From: Sulfurospirillaceae bacterium
Lineage (GTDB): Bacteria > Campylobacterota > Campylobacteria > Campylobacterales > Sulfurospirillaceae
Direction of reading: 5' to 3'
Length of the DNA stretch: 64,000 bases
NCBI GenBank assembly: GCA_033723415.1
Contig: JAWVXD010000004.1
Coordinates: 1 to 64,000 of the forward strand
In this document: in pieces, positions 33,374 to 45,138 of the stretch
Layout: every line of letters begins with the position of its first letter
Numbering within the stretch: the first letter of the stretch is position 1
The notes under the pieces: generated by a model
The model's database searches: none
The model's input: only the letters and a program-made list of their open reading frames with translations
What the model was told of the DNA's origin: nothing
Position numbers and translations under genes: made by a program

Positions 33374-33742
33374 CTATTTAGCTTTTGCGCCGACGGTTCT
33401 TTTCTTACCTTTTCTTGTTCGCGCATTAGTTTTTGTTTTTTGACCTCTAACAGGAAGTCCTCGTCTATGTCTTAGACCTCTGTAGCTACCCATATCCATC
33501 AAGGATTTTATATCCATAGCAACTTTTTTTCTTAAGTCACCTTCAACTGAATAATTTTGTTGCAATTCATTTCTGATCGCAGCAACTTCATCTTCGTTTA
33601 GCTCACTAGCTCTTTTGTCATAAGAAATGCCTGTAGCATTTAATATTAATCTTGAAGTAGTTAAACCAATACCGTAAATGTATGTTAAAGCATACTCTAC
33701 TCTTTTTTTGTTTGGAAGGTCTACACCTGCAATTCTTGCCAT
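33374..33742 (-). CDS. rpsM: 30S ribosomal protein S13
   Basis: [10 protein letters not shown] start at 33742, [14 protein letters not shown]. Confidence 0.99.
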   Translation of the reverse strand: MARIAGVDLPNKKRVEYALTYIYGIGLTTSRLILNATGISYDKRASELNEDEVAAIRNELQQNYSVEGDLRKKVAMDIKSLMDMGSYRGLRHRRGLPVRGQKTKTNARTRKGKKRTVGAKAK

Positions 33743-33744
33743 GC

Positions 33745-33858
33745 TTATCCTTGTCTCTGTTTGTGTTTTGGATTTACGCAAATGACTCTAACGACACCTT
33801 TTCGTTTGATCACTTTGCATTTATCGCACATCTTCTTTACAGAAGGTCGTACTTTCAT
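33745..33858 (-). CDS. rpmJ: 50S ribosomal protein L36 (Zn-ribbon type)
   Basis: Manual translation [37 protein letters not shown]. Confidence 0.98.
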   Translation of the reverse strand: MKVRPSVKKMCDKCKVIKRKGVVRVICVNPKHKQRQG

Positions 33859-33864
33859 GTCTTT

Positions 33865-34000
33865 GCCTTTGTCTAATTTTCCACTTAATTTCGAGTAAAC
33901 TGTCACAGGTTTAGAGACTTTTGACTAAACCAACAATTGAAAAAATAGTGGGTTTTTTTCAATTCTTCTTCACACAGTTGTACAAAAGGTTTGTATTATA
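33865..34000 (-). promoter_or_regulatory. Alpha-operon promoter and structured 5' leader
   Basis: TATAAT at 34000-33995; nested stems and loop/downstream complementarity (see findings). Confidence 0.6.
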
Positions 34001-34019
34001 CATAAAATAAGCTAATAAA

Positions 34020-34238
34020 TTACTTATACCTATATGTAATACGTCCTTTATCTAAACTATAAGGCGTCAGTTCAACTTTCACCTTGTCACCTGGCATTAT
34101 TTTAATATAATGCATCCTCATCTTTCCAGCTATGTGACATAAAATCACATGGTTGTTTTGAACTTCGACTTTAAAAGTTGCATTTGGTAATGCTTCTACA
34201 ACTTTACCGTCAATTTCAATAACATCATCTTTTGCCAT
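34020..34238 (-). CDS. infA: Translation initiation factor IF-1
   Basis: [25 protein letters not shown]. Confidence 0.99.
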   Translation of the reverse strand: MAKDDVIEIDGKVVEALPNATFKVEVQNNHVILCHIAGKMRMHYIKIMPGDKVKVELTPYSLDKGRITYRYK

Positions 34239-34262
34239 TCTACCTCCTATTTAACGGTTTCC

Positions 34263-34408
34263 TTTGAAAGCAGCCAAGCTACTTTCAAATTCCTTGCACT
34301 AAAGCTTGCGCCTTGCGCAGAGTGTTTTACTCGATGATTCGTTAAAACACGCTTTTTTGCTCTTGTTAGGTGGCTTGTAAAACTGTAAGTTTCACAAGCC
34401 ACCTAACA
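34263..34408 (-). other. Four tandem stem-loops between map and infA
   Basis: Inverted repeats at 34364-34408, 34322-34350, 34295-34319, 34263-34289. Confidence 0.75.
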
Positions 34409-34410
34409 TA

Positions 34411-35169
34411 CTATTCTACAGAAAGAATTTCTGCTTTATTGTTTATGATTGCAATGCAGTGTTCATAGTGACTGCCACGCATTCCATCAGTTGAAACTAC
34501 TGACCATTTATCACCTAATACTTTTGCCGTAACGTCTTTGTGACATATCATCGGCTCAAGACAAAAAACCATACCGTTTTTTATTTTTGGACCCTGTTTA
34601 GGGTTGTTCCCATCTAGATAATTTGGTATTTCCGGCTCTTCATGCGGCTTTTGACCGATTCCATGACCACAATAACTGTGAAGCGGTACAAATCCTCTAG
34701 CATTTATGAACTTTTCCATTTCAAAGCTCAATTCTTTAAAACGCATCCCTGCTTCTATAATGTCTATAGCAAAATAAAGTGTATCTTTAGCACATGCTAT
34801 CAGATTTTCATCATCTTTTGATATCTTTCCTACACCGACCGTCACAGCTGCATCACCAAACCAACCATCTAGTTTTGTGCCGATATCAAGACCTACGATA
34901 TCTCCTTCTTTGACAACATAATCAGTTGGAATGCCGTGTATTATAACTTCATTAACCGAGGTACATACTCCGGCTGGAAATCCATAAAGACCTTTAAAAG
35001 CTGGAGTTGCGCCATGTGAGTAGATAAAATCTTCACCCAAGGCATTGATCTCTTTAAGACTCATACCCGGGCGAAGTTCATTTGATAGATAATTTAGTGT
35101 TTTTGCTACAATCTTATTTGCCGCACGCATTTTCTCGATTTGTGCCAAGCTTTTAAGATTTATTGCCAT
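34411..35169 (-). CDS. map: Methionine aminopeptidase type I
   Basis: CTSVNEVIIHGIP, DIG...DG..GD, GHGIG..HEEP, EPM, HYEH. Confidence 0.97.
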   Translation of the reverse strand: MAINLKSLAQIEKMRAANKIVAKTLNYLSNELRPGMSLKEINALGEDFIYSHGATPAFKGLYGFPAGVCTSVNEVIIHGIPTDYVVKEGDIVGLDIGTKLDGWFGDAAVTVGVGKISKDDENLIACAKDTLYFAIDIIEAGMRFKELSFEMEKFINARGFVPLHSYCGHGIGQKPHEEPEIPNYLDGNNPKQGPKIKNGMVFCLEPMICHKDVTAKVLGDKWSVVSTDGMRGSHYEHCIAIINNKAEILSVE

Positions 35170-35170
35170 T

Positions 35171-36433
35171 TTATAATCCGACTGCACTTAAAGTTTCATA
35201 TTTGCTCATATAAATCTGGGCTTCGATCTTTCTCATTGTATCAAGTGCGACTTGAACAACTATCAGTACAGCTGTTCCACCAAAATAGAACGGCACACCC
35301 ATAACTTTTACCAATATCCATGGAAGAGTTGAAATCAATCCAAGGTATATAGCTCCCCAAAATGTAAGGCGACTTGCTACATCGTTTAAAAAATCAGCCG
35401 TGTGAATTCCTGGTCTAACACCTGGAATAAATCCGCCTTGTTTTTTCAAGTTTTCAGATATATCTTTCGCGTTAAATACAATTGAAGCATAAAAATATGA
35501 AAAGAATATTACAAATAAAAAGGTTAATACATTAAATACATAGCTATTCGGGCTTAAAAAATCTCTAATACTGAGTACGATAGGATTCGTACTTGTTTGT
35601 AATAAAGTTGTTGGAAACATCAAAATAGCACTTGCAAATATCGGTGGTATAACGCCACTCAAGTTGACCTTGATAGGTACATAATTCATAATTCTTTTGT
35701 GTTGATTTTGCATCATTACTTTTCGTGAGTATGATATAGGCACTCTTCTCTCACCCATTTCAACATAGATGATAGATCCAACGGTCACGAGAATAACTAC
35801 AAGAATTGCCAACACTACTAAGAAGTTAAGCTCTCCTGTGTTTACTAGATTGATCGTGCCTCCGATGGCATGCGGTATTCCTGATACTATACCTGCAAAG
35901 ATGATTAAACTGATACCGTTACCTATGCCTCTTTGGGTGATCTGCTCACCAATCCACATAAGCAACATCGTGCCAGAAAGCATTGAGGCTGCTGCAATTG
36001 CAGTAAATGTTGTCATGTCGATCATAACAGCACTTTCTCCACCTCTTCCTGTTAATCCTCCTAGTCCCATAGATACACCGATAGCTTGAACTATCGTAAT
36101 ACCTATAGTTGCATAACGGATTATCTGCATATATTTCACCATACCGTCTCTCTCTTTTTTCATCTTTCCAAGAGTCGGAAATGTTGCTGCCAACAATTCC
36201 ATGACGATTGATGCAGTAATATAAGGCATAATACCCAAAGATATAATACTAAGTCGTTTTGCTGCATTACCACTAAACATGTTAAACATACCGAGTGCAT
36301 TTGAGCTATTTGAATTAAAAAATTCTTTTACAACATCCAAGTTTACGCCCGGAACCGGAACATATGCTAGGATTCTGTATGCAAATATAAAGCCTAAGGT
36401 GATTAATATTTTTTTAGTTAAGTCTTTACTCAT
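35171..36433 (-). CDS. secY: Preprotein translocase SecY
   Basis: LGIMPYITASI, GIGNGISLIIF, FIPGVRPG. Confidence 0.99.
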   Translation of the reverse strand: MSKDLTKKILITLGFIFAYRILAYVPVPGVNLDVVKEFFNSNSSNALGMFNMFSGNAAKRLSIISLGIMPYITASIVMELLAATFPTLGKMKKERDGMVKYMQIIRYATIGITIVQAIGVSMGLGGLTGRGGESAVMIDMTTFTAIAAASMLSGTMLLMWIGEQITQRGIGNGISLIIFAGIVSGIPHAIGGTINLVNTGELNFLVVLAILVVILVTVGSIIYVEMGERRVPISYSRKVMMQNQHKRIMNYVPIKVNLSGVIPPIFASAILMFPTTLLQTSTNPIVLSIRDFLSPNSYVFNVLTFLFVIFFSYFYASIVFNAKDISENLKKQGGFIPGVRPGIHTADFLNDVASRLTFWGAIYLGLISTLPWILVKVMGVPFYFGGTAVLIVVQVALDTMRKIEAQIYMSKYETLSAVGL

Positions 36434-36572
36434 TCAGCTATCTCCTTTAGCTTGGACGTTGTCCAATCTAAATTTCTCTCGCAAAAATATGAAGCCGATA
36501 TTTCTCTGTTAATAACAGACGCGAGAGAAACAGTTAAAATTTGTTTTTTGTTTTTATTGAAACAAAGTTGTT

Positions 36573-36977
36573 TCACTTATTCATCCCGCTATAAAGCACA
36601 TTTTCATCTTTTATCTTGGATGCAAGATCTTCAACCCCATTACCGATTAACTTAACTTTTTTAACGGAATTAGATATTTTATGCACACTTTTCAATGAAT
36701 CCAAAGTGATCTCTTCTAGTGCCAATACTGATTTTATCTTCTCTATATTTATCACATAAGGTTTAACTAATCCAGAATAAAAACCAACTTTTGGAAGTCT
36801 TCTTTGAAGAGGCTGCTGTCCACCTTCAAATCCTCTTTTTATACTGTAACCTGTACGAGATTTTTGACCGTTTGATCCTCTACTCGCAGTTTTTCCCATG
36901 CCGGAAGCTTGTCCTCTACCAACTCTTTTTGTCTTATGTGTTGAGTTATCTGCCGGTGTTAGATTATTTAATGCCAT
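36573..36977 (-). CDS. rplO: 50S ribosomal protein L15
   Basis: [24 protein letters not shown]. Confidence 0.98.
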   Translation of the reverse strand: MALNNLTPADNSTHKTKRVGRGQASGMGKTASRGSNGQKSRTGYSIKRGFEGGQQPLQRRLPKVGFYSGLVKPYVINIEKIKSVLALEEITLDSLKSVHKISNSVKKVKLIGNGVEDLASKIKDENVLYSGMNK

Positions 36978-36991
36978 CTGTAAACCTTCCT

Positions 36992-37435
36992 TTAGCTTTT
37001 TATCATGCTAAGAGCTTTTAGAGTTGCTCTTACCACATTTGAAGCATTGTTTGAACCCAATGACTTAGTCAAAATGTCTTTTATACCTGCAAGTTCAACA
37101 ACCGGACGTGTTGCACCACCTGCGATGATTCCTGTACCTTCGCTGGCAGGCTTCAATAAAATACGGCTAGCATTGAATTTTACTTCTACGTCATGTGCTA
37201 TAGTTGAACCTTTAACATTGATTTCAACAATATTTTTGAAAGCATCGTCAACAGCCTTTTTAATTGCGTTAGGAACCTCTTTAGCTTTACCGAAACCATA
37301 GCCTACAAGTCCATTTTTGTTGCCAACTACGACTAAAGCAGTAAATCTAAATCTTCTACCTCCCTTGACAACTTTTGTAACACGGCCAATATTAACGATA
37401 ACTTCTTCGAACTCTTCTCTGTTATATTTTTCCAT
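36992..37435 (-). CDS. rpsE: 30S ribosomal protein S5
   Basis: [26 protein letters not shown]. Confidence 0.99.
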   Translation of the reverse strand: MEKYNREEFEEVIVNIGRVTKVVKGGRRFRFTALVVVGNKNGLVGYGFGKAKEVPNAIKKAVDDAFKNIVEINVKGSTIAHDVEVKFNASRILLKPASEGTGIIAGGATRPVVELAGIKDILTKSLGSNNASNVVRATLKALSMIKS

Positions 37436-37453
37436 TATATCGTTCCTCTTAAT

Positions 37454-37810
37454 TTACAGTGTGATACCGTTTTCTCTTAGTCCGTCTGCAAAAGCAGCCA
37501 CAACACCATGATAGAGATAACCATTTCTATCAAAAACCACCTTGTTCAAGCCTTTAGAACTTAGAGTTTCTGCAAAAGTTTTTGCAAGTTTAACTGCGTC
37601 TTCTTTATTAGCTTTCAAACCAAGTTTATTTCCGTCAATACTTGCTAAAGTCACACCATTTACATCATCAATAGCTTGAGCATAAAGTGCTCTGTTTGAT
37701 TTGTATATAGATAGTCTAACTAATTCGCTAGTGCCAGAAATATTAGCTCTTATTCTTCTTTTACGCTTAATTCTTAGATTAATTTTGCGTCTTAAAACAT
37801 TTGTTCTCAT
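37454..37810 (-). CDS. rplR: 50S ribosomal protein L18
   Basis: [12 protein letters not shown]. Confidence 0.98.
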   Translation of the reverse strand: MRTNVLRRKINLRIKRKRRIRANISGTSELVRLSIYKSNRALYAQAIDDVNGVTLASIDGNKLGLKANKEDAVKLAKTFAETLSSKGLNKVVFDRNGYLYHGVVAAFADGLRENGITL

Positions 37811-37818
37811 TTTTACCT

Positions 37819-38355
37819 CTATTTCTTAGCTGTTTTACCGGCTTTGCGGATAATAACTTCGTCTGAATATTTAACGCCCTTGCCTTTGTATGGCTCAGGT
37901 GGTCTAAATGCTCTCACTTCTGCTGCGATCTGTCCAATAACTTGTTTATCATCACCTGATATAGTTATAATATTTTTTTCTACCGTTATTTGAACATCTT
38001 TTGGAAATTCATAATTTATAGGATGTGAAAAACCAAGTTGCAATTCTAAAACATTACCGTTTACGGCAGCTCTATAACCAACACCGTTGATCTCAAGAAT
38101 TTTTTTGAAACCCTCTGTCAATCCTGTTATAATGTTTTGGCTTAGAGATCTATATGTTCCCCAAAATGCACGATCTTTTCTATCATCGCTTTTAGATGCA
38201 AAAATAATGTTGTTATCTTCAACTTTTACATCAACATTGCCCTTAGTGTCCAATTCTTTTGTAACACTGCCTTTTTTAAAAACCACTACCAAGTCATTTA
38301 TTGATACTTCAACACCGCTTGGTATTACTACTGGTTGTTTTCCAATACGAGACAT
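37819..38355 (-). CDS. rplF: 50S ribosomal protein L6
   Basis: [16 protein letters not shown]. Confidence 0.99.
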   Translation of the reverse strand: MSRIGKQPVVIPSGVEVSINDLVVVFKKGSVTKELDTKGNVDVKVEDNNIIFASKSDDRKDRAFWGTYRSLSQNIITGLTEGFKKILEINGVGYRAAVNGNVLELQLGFSHPINYEFPKDVQITVEKNIITISGDDKQVIGQIAAEVRAFRPPEPYKGKGVKYSDEVIIRKAGKTAKK

Positions 38356-38428
38356 TTTTTTCCTTTTACTTGTCTACGATAAGTCTACATCTTAAAATGG
38401 ATATCGAATACCATAAAAAGAAAACTTC

Positions 38429-38824
38429 TTACCAAATACTACAAAGAAGTTCGCCGCCAAGTCCTGCTTTATGAGCGTCTTCATTACTAAGTACACCTTT
38501 TGATGTACTAACCACTATCGTACCATAGCCATTTTTAAAGCGTTTTATTTCATCTTTGCCTTTGTAGACTCTTCTACCCGGTTTTGATATTTTTTTCACT
38601 TCAGTAATAACACTATTGCTATCATTTCCATACTTGAGTACGACTTTTATAAATTTTTTGTTACCATCTTCAACAACATTAAAACTTTCGATATAACCTT
38701 TGTCTTGGAAAATTACCAAAACAGATTCTACTAAATTTGAATGCATAAGTTGAGTAACATCTAATTTTCTCATTGACGCATTTCTAACTCTTGTCAACGC
38801 GTCCGCTAAGAGATCATTAATCAT
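38429..38824 (-). CDS. rpsH: 30S ribosomal protein S8
   Basis: [21 protein letters not shown]. Confidence 0.99.
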   Translation of the reverse strand: MINDLLADALTRVRNASMRKLDVTQLMHSNLVESVLVIFQDKGYIESFNVVEDGNKKFIKVVLKYGNDSNSVITEVKKISKPGRRVYKGKDEIKRFKNGYGTIVVSTSKGVLSNEDAHKAGLGGELLCSIW

Positions 38825-38833
38825 TGCTATTCC

Positions 38834-39019
38834 TTACCAGCTTGCTTTTTTAAGTCCGGGAATCAGACCTTCGTTTGCCATTTTTCTTAGACAAATTCTA
38901 CAAATACCAAAATCTTTATATACTGAATGTGGACGTCCACAAATTTGACATCTAGTATATGCTCTTGTACTAAATTTCGCTTTTCTCTGTGCCTTAGCTA
39001 TCATTGATTTTTTTGCCAT
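38834..39019 (-). CDS. rpsN: 30S ribosomal protein S14 (Zn-binding type)
   Basis: MAKKSMI start at 39019, CQIC...CRIC, KKASW. Confidence 0.97.
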   Translation of the reverse strand: MAKKSMIAKAQRKAKFSTRAYTRCQICGRPHSVYKDFGICRICLRKMANEGLIPGLKKASW

Positions 39020-39020
39020 A

Positions 39021-39566
39021 TTAACGACCCTTTGCAAATGGTAGCCCGATTAACTCAAGAAGCCTAAAAGCTTGCTTGTCGTCACCGGCTGTTGTTACAA
39101 TTGTTATGTTCATTCCGTGAGTCTTTAATATATTATCATATTCAACTTCTGGGAACATTAATTGCTCATCTAAACCAAAGTTGTAGTTAGCCCTACCGTC
39201 AAATCCATTTCTAGGTAAACCACGGAAATCTTTAACTCTAGGAAGCGCAACAGAAATAAGTTTGTCTAAAAACGCAAACATTTGTTCATCTCTTAATGTA
39301 ACTTTTACGCCAACTGGGTAACCTTCTCTTACTTTAAAACCTGCAACAGATTTTTTAGCAAGAGTCACAACCGCTTTTTGTCCGGCTATAAGAGAAATCG
39401 TGTCAGTAATATTTTGAATTACTTTATTGTCTTTTCCTTCTTCTCCGGCACCAACACTGATAACCACTTTTTCAAGAGCAGGTATTAGCATAGGGTTTTT
39501 GATATCAAATTCTTTAACTAATGCAGGTTTGATCTCAACACTTAATTTTTCTTTTAATCTATTCAT
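39021..39566 (-). CDS. rplE: 50S ribosomal protein L5
   Basis: [22 protein letters not shown]. Confidence 0.99.
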   Translation of the reverse strand: MNRLKEKLSVEIKPALVKEFDIKNPMLIPALEKVVISVGAGEEGKDNKVIQNITDTISLIAGQKAVVTLAKKSVAGFKVREGYPVGVKVTLRDEQMFAFLDKLISVALPRVKDFRGLPRNGFDGRANYNFGLDEQLMFPEVEYDNILKTHGMNITIVTTAGDDKQAFRLLELIGLPFAKGR

Positions 39567-39802
39567 TACTCACCCTCAACTTTTGCTACATTTGAAATGT
39601 GAATTGGAGTCTCTTTGTTGATAAATCCGCCTTTTGGGTTGTTATCATCAGGCTTGATCGCCTTTTTGACAACTTTACAGCCTTCAACAATCACACTAGA
39701 GTTTTTTGGGAATACTGCCTTGACTTTTGCAATCTTTCCTTTATCGTCTCCGGCGATTATCTTCACGCTATCGCCTTTTTTAATCTTAAATTTAACAGAC
39801 AT
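39566..39802 (-). CDS. rplX: 50S ribosomal protein L24
   Basis: [22 protein letters not shown]. Confidence 0.98.
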   Translation of the reverse strand: MSVKFKIKKGDSVKIIAGDDKGKIAKVKAVFPKNSSVIVEGCKVVKKAIKPDDNNPKGGFINKETPIHISNVAKVEGE

Positions 39803-40170
39803 TATAGTACCTCCGGAGCAAGTGAAACTATTTTCATAAAGTTTGCATATCTTACTTCTCTACCGACCGGTCCAAAGATCCTTGTTCCGATAGGCTCTCT
39901 TTTACCGTCAAGTATTACAGCTGCATTTTCATCAAATCTTATTAAAGAACCGTTTTCTCTTTGGATCTCTTTTTTTGTTCTAACAACAACAGCTTTGATC
40001 ACTTGACCTTTTTTAACTTTTCCATTAGGTATTGCTTTTTTTACAGAAGCTACTATAACATCGCCGACGCTAGCATATCTTCTTTTACTTCCACCTAAAA
40101 CTTTTATACACATAATCTCTTTTGCACCACTATTATCGGCAACAGATAGTTTTGTAAAACTTTGGATCAT
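39802..40170 (-). CDS. rplN: 50S ribosomal protein L14
   Basis: [23 protein letters not shown]. Confidence 0.99.
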   Translation of the reverse strand: MIQSFTKLSVADNSGAKEIMCIKVLGGSKRRYASVGDVIVASVKKAIPNGKVKKGQVIKAVVVRTKKEIQRENGSLIRFDENAAVILDGKREPIGTRIFGPVGREVRYANFMKIVSLAPEVL

Positions 40171-40421
40171 TACTCAACTCCTACTGTTACGATTGTTTTC
40201 AATCTAAAAGCTTTTCTTTTAGACAGTGGTCTACACTCTATCGCAATAATTTCATCGCCTGCTTTTACTTGATTGTTTTCATCATGTACAAGATATTTTT
40301 TGAAGCGCTTAACAAATTTGCGATATTTAGGGTGCATAACTCTTCTCTCAACTAATATCGTAGCCGTTTTATCACCAGCTTTTTGTACAACTACGCCTTG
40401 TATCTCTCGGTTTAAAGCCAT
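40170..40421 (-). CDS. rpsQ: 30S ribosomal protein S17
   Basis: HPKY.K, ECRPLSK.K. Confidence 0.98.
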   Translation of the reverse strand: MALNREIQGVVVQKAGDKTATILVERRVMHPKYRKFVKRFKKYLVHDENNQVKAGDEIIAIECRPLSKRKAFRLKTIVTVGVE

Positions 40422-40434
40422 TACTTTCCCCTAA

Positions 40435-40623
40435 TTACTTATTTTGAGCGGAAATAGCCGTATTAATACGTGCAATATCTCTTCTAACTTCTCTTAATTC
40501 ATTAGGATTAGTTAGTTGCATTGTTTTTAGCTTTTGTTTCAATGTGAACAAAAGCACCTTTTTTTCTTTTAATAACTCTAAAAGCTCTAAAGCGCTTTTT
40601 TCTGCTAAATCAATATACTTCAT
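40435..40623 (-). CDS. rpmC: 50S ribosomal protein L29
   Basis: QLTNP...R.DIARI.T; operon position. Confidence 0.95.
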   Translation of the reverse strand: MKYIDLAEKSALELLELLKEKKVLLFTLKQKLKTMQLTNPNELREVRRDIARINTAISAQNK

Positions 40624-41035
40624 TTTCACTCGCTTTAGTTATAATCTTCGTCTTAAACGGTAGTTTATGCATCGCAAGAGTTAAAGCTTCTCTGGCAAGT
40701 TCTTCACTGACTCCTGCCATTTCATATATAATTCTACCAGGCTTGACATTCATAACCCATTTGTCTACTGAACCCTTACCTTTACCCATCCTAGTTTCTA
40801 ACGGCTTTGCTGTTAAAGGTTTGTCTGGGAATACGCGGATCCAAGTTTTTGCTTGACGATTAACTCTTCTTGTCATAGCAATCCTAGCAGCTTCGATTTG
40901 TCTTGAGTCAATACGTCCGGCTTCTGTTGCTTTAAGTGCAATTTCTCCAAAAGCTATAGAATTTCCTCTAAAAGACTTTCCACGATTTCTGCCTTTCATC
41001 TGCTTTTTATATTTTGTTCTCTTAGGCATTAACAT
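40610..41035 (-). CDS. rplP: 50S ribosomal protein L16
   Basis: [15 protein letters not shown]. Confidence 0.99.
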   Translation of the reverse strand: MLMPKRTKYKKQMKGRNRGKSFRGNSIAFGEIALKATEAGRIDSRQIEAARIAMTRRVNRQAKTWIRVFPDKPLTAKPLETRMGKGKGSVDKWVMNVKPGRIIYEMAGVSEELAREALTLAMHKLPFKTKIITKASENEVY

Positions 41036-41730
41036 TAGTTTTTACCTCTTCTTCTTGGTTTTCTGTTCTCTTCCGGCTCCGCTTTTTCAGCAGGAACACC
41101 CTTGCTTAAAACTTCACCTTTAAATATCCATACTTTTACGCCGATGATTCCATAAGTTGTATGAGCTTCTGCGAAACCATAATCAATCTTAGCTCTTAGC
41201 GTATGAAGAGGAACTCTTCCTTCAAGATACCATTCAGTTCTTGCCATCTCAGCTCCGCCAAGACGACCGGCAACTGCAACTTTAATACCTTTTGCACCAG
41301 ACTTTTGAGCACCTTGAATTACTTTTTTCATAGCTCTTCTAAAGGCGACTCTTCTCTCTAGCTGCATTGCAACATTTTCTGCGCACAGTTGAGCTGAAGC
41401 TTGAGCTTTTCGCTCTTCTTTAATATTAACGTTTACATCTTTACCGATAAGTTTATTCAGCTTTGCTCTTAATTTTTCAATGTCAGAGCCTTTTTTACCT
41501 ATGATAATACCAGGTCTAGCTGCTACTACGGTAACTCTTAGTTTCTTTGCAGTTCTTTCAATAATTATCTGGCTAACGCCTGCATAATAAAGTTCTTTTT
41601 TCAAAAAAGTTCTTATTTTATGATCTTCGCCGATATTTGTTGCCAAACTTGCGCCATTTGGAAACCATCTTGAGTCCCAATTTCTATTTATGCCAAGTCT
41701 TAAACCAATTGGATTTACTTTTTGACCCAT
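41035..41730 (-). CDS. rpsC: 30S ribosomal protein S3
   Basis: [19 protein letters not shown]. Confidence 0.99.
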   Translation of the reverse strand: MGQKVNPIGLRLGINRNWDSRWFPNGASLATNIGEDHKIRTFLKKELYYAGVSQIIIERTAKKLRVTVVAARPGIIIGKKGSDIEKLRAKLNKLIGKDVNVNIKEERKAQASAQLCAENVAMQLERRVAFRRAMKKVIQGAQKSGAKGIKVAVAGRLGGAEMARTEWYLEGRVPLHTLRAKIDYGFAEAHTTYGIIGVKVWIFKGEVLSKGVPAEKAEPEENRKPRRRGKN

Positions 41731-41731
41731 C

Positions 41732-42064
41732 TTAGTCTTCCTTCTTTGCAGCTTGATTTACTTCAACAAATACATGTGAAGTAGGCTTCCTGATACCACT
41801 AGCACTACCTCTTGCTCTTGGTCTAAATCGCTTAAGTACAGGGCCAGCGTCAACTCTACATGAAGATACAATAACTTCCTCTGGCTCGTAACCACCGTTT
41901 GCAACAGCAGAAGCGATCACTTTAGCTATTACTTTAGCACCTTTATTTGGAGTAAATTCCAAACTTGCAAGCGCTACTTCTGCATTCATTCCTTGCACTT
42001 CACGTGCAATTAATCTTGCCTTTGTAGGAGATAATCTAATAAATTTTAATATTGCCTTACTCAT
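41732..42064 (-). CDS. rplV: 50S ribosomal protein L22
   Basis: [15 protein letters not shown]. Confidence 0.99.
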   Translation of the reverse strand: MSKAILKFIRLSPTKARLIAREVQGMNAEVALASLEFTPNKGAKVIAKVIASAVANGGYEPEEVIVSSCRVDAGPVLKRFRPRARGSASGIRKPTSHVFVEVNQAAKKED

Positions 42065-42073
42065 GCCATACCC

Positions 42074-42355
42074 CTACTTACCAATTTTCTTTTGAACAGA
42101 GCCTTTATGGCCTTTAAATGTTCTTGTTGGAGAAAATTCACCCATCTTGTAACCGATATGGTTTTCAGTTATATACACAGGGACAAAATTTCTGCCGTTA
42201 TGGACATTAAATGTCAATCCGATCATATCAGGAGTAATTGTACTTCTTCTTGACCAAGTTTTAATTGGCTTATTAGAATTTTCATCTTTTGCTGCTAATA
42301 CTTTCTTAGCTAAATGCTCATCTACAAAAGGACCTTTTTTTAGACTTCTTGCCAT
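42074..42355 (-). CDS. rpsS: 30S ribosomal protein S19
   Basis: [22 protein letters not shown]. Confidence 0.99.
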   Translation of the reverse strand: MARSLKKGPFVDEHLAKKVLAAKDENSNKPIKTWSRRSTITPDMIGLTFNVHNGRNFVPVYITENHIGYKMGEFSPTRTFKGHKGSVQKKIGK

Positions 42356-43186
42356 CTACTTTCCTTTTTTTCTAGAAATTATCAGTTTGTCACTCGCTTT
42401 TTTTCTACGAGTTTTAGCACCCTTAGTTGGTTTACCCCAAGGAGTAACAGGGTGACGACCTGAGTTCTTTTTACCTTCACCACCACCATGCGGGTGATCA
42501 ACTGGGTTCATGGCACTACCTCTTGTTTGAGGACGAATACCACGATGACGATTACGTCCAGCTTTACCAATGACGACATTTGCCCAATCTTCACAGCCGA
42601 CTGTTCCTATTGTTGCCATACATTCACTTAAAACTTGTCTCATCTCACCGCTTGGAAGTCTTAGTATTACATACTTTTCTTCTTTACCCATAAGTTGCGC
42701 ATAACCGCCGGCACTTCTTGCCATTTGCGCACCATGACCAGGTTTCATTTCTATGTTATGAATAATAGTACCGACAGGTATATTTTTCATTTTCATAGCA
42801 TTTCCAGGTTTGATGTCAAGTCCAGCTTCAGCAGAAGAAATTTTGTCTCCTACTTTTAAACCTGATGGTTGAATTATATATCTTTTTTCACCGTCAGTAT
42901 ATGTTATCAATGCAATACGACAATTTCTGTTTGGATCATATTCAATAGCGCTTACAACGCCTTCAATATCAAACTTTCTTCTTTTAAAATCTATAATTCT
43001 ATAAAGACGCTTTGCGCCACCTTGCTTATGACGAGAAGTAATTCTACCATTGTTGTTTCTACCTGCACTAACAGGAAGTTTTTTTAACAATGAAGGAACG
43101 CTCGCCTTAGCAGTAATATCGCTGCTGTCCAAACCTGTAACATATCTACGGCTTGGAGTATATGGTTTATATGATTTTATTGCCAT
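42356..43186 (-). CDS. rplB: 50S ribosomal protein L2
   Basis: [23 protein letters not shown]. Confidence 0.99.
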   Translation of the reverse strand: MAIKSYKPYTPSRRYVTGLDSSDITAKASVPSLLKKLPVSAGRNNNGRITSRHKQGGAKRLYRIIDFKRRKFDIEGVVSAIEYDPNRNCRIALITYTDGEKRYIIQPSGLKVGDKISSAEAGLDIKPGNAMKMKNIPVGTIIHNIEMKPGHGAQMARSAGGYAQLMGKEEKYVILRLPSGEMRQVLSECMATIGTVGCEDWANVVIGKAGRNRHRGIRPQTRGSAMNPVDHPHGGGEGKKNSGRHPVTPWGKPTKGAKTRRKKASDKLIISRKKGK

Positions 43187-43187
43187 A

Positions 43188-43469
43188 TTACGCCTCCAAA
43201 TTCTCTAGTTTAGCACCCTCAGGCAACTGAACATAGAATTTTTTCGTATCGGTTCTTTTACCCTGAATACCTTTAAATTTCTTTACTTTTCCCAAAACTC
43301 TCATTGAGTTAACTTTGAGTGGAGTAAAGCCAAAATACTCTCTTAAAACCTCTTTAAGACGGTTCTTTGTCATTCTAGTTGATGTCTGAATAACAACTGT
43401 ACCGTTTTCTTGAAGGCTTAAACTCTTTTCAGTATAAAGGATTGCTTTTATATCGGTTATATCTGCCAT
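43188..43469 (-). CDS. rplW: 50S ribosomal protein L23
   Basis: TEK, KKFYV; operon position. Confidence 0.95.
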   Translation of the reverse strand: MADITDIKAILYTEKSLSLQENGTVVIQTSTRMTKNRLKEVLREYFGFTPLKVNSMRVLGKVKKFKGIQGKRTDTKKFYVQLPEGAKLENLEA

Positions 43470-43471
43470 GA

Positions 43472-44082
<611 letters not shown>

Positions 44083-44086
<4 letters not shown>

Positions 44087-44664
44087 TTAACTATCCTCAT
44101 TCTTCCAAGTGCTCCATTTGCGCCAGGAACTGAACCTTTAACAGCCAAAATCCCGTTTTCCGCATCAAAAGAAACAACTTCATTTTTTACTGTTGTTTTT
44201 GCATTTCCATAGTGTCCTGGCATCTTTCTGCCCTTTTGAACACGACCAGGCCATTCACAGTTACCTATTGAACCTGGAGCTCTATGAAATCTACTACCAT
44301 GGCCGCCTGGACCACCTGCAAAATTATATCTTTTCATAACACCGGCAAAACCTCTACCTTTTGAATCAAAAGATACTTTAATAGTTTTTACTTCATTTAT
44401 TGCCGAAGTGTCAAGATCTCCAACTGTAACATCAGAAACATCTAAAGTTGCAAATCTGTTAAACTCTGCACTTAAATTATATTTCTTTTGCTGTCCTGCA
44501 ATAGCTTTGTTCATTTTTTTACCGCTTGCATAAGCTATGATAGCTTGCTTGTCGTTAGTAATTTCACAAACTTTTGCTTCTTTTACCTTTAGTAATGTTA
44601 CGGGAACACTCGGCACTGCAATGGTTCTGCTCATTCCGATTTTTTCTACTATATATTCCATCAT
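44083..44664 (-). CDS. rplC: 50S ribosomal protein L3
   Basis: [32 protein letters not shown]. Confidence 0.99.
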
Positions 44665-44670
44665 TACTCC

Positions 44671-44982
44671 CTACTTACCCATCGCTCTAACTTCTACATT
44701 CACCTCAGGAGCAAGATCAAGCTTCATGAGAGAATCGACAGTATCAGTTGTTGCCGATATAATATCTATCATACGAGAATGTATTCTAATCTCAAATTGT
44801 TCTCTTGAATCTTTGTTTACGTGTGGTGATTTAAGCACTGTATAGCGCTTAATTTTCGTAGGCATAGGAATTGGGCCTTTTATTTCGGCTCCAGTTCGCT
44901 TAACAGCTTCTACAATAGCTGCAACAGATCTGTCTAAAACTCTATGGTCATGTGCCTTGAGTTTAAGTCGTATTTTTTCCAT
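44671..44982 (-). CDS. rpsJ: 30S ribosomal protein S10
   Basis: [21 protein letters not shown]. Confidence 0.99.
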   Translation of the reverse strand: MEKIRLKLKAHDHRVLDRSVAAIVEAVKRTGAEIKGPIPMPTKIKRYTVLKSPHVNKDSREQFEIRIHSRMIDIISATTDTVDSLMKLDLAPEVNVEVRAMGK

Positions 44983-45037
44983 AATTACCCCTAAAAAAAG
45001 AACTTGTCACCTCAAACGATGACGATTAAGGAATGAG

Positions 45038-45066
45038 ATTTTACTGAAATTTAAATCAAAAGTCAA
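45038..45066 (-). promoter_or_regulatory. Sigma70 promoter of the S10 operon
   Basis: TTGACT (45066-45061), 17 bp, TAAAAT (45043-45038). Confidence 0.75.
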
Positions 45067-45138
45067 TATTTTAGGGCATCAAAGAGTTTTAAAGTCGATT
45101 TTATTTCCTTTTAATAAGGAAAAGATTATAATAAATTC

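Noticed and set aside
33743..33781. Extended rpsM N-terminus from the ORF track
   Set aside because: Overlaps the real rpmJ gene; rpsM starts at 33742
36978..36991. Absence of rpmD (L30) between rpsE and rplO, and of adk after secY
   Set aside because: Expected gene order for Campylobacterota, not novel
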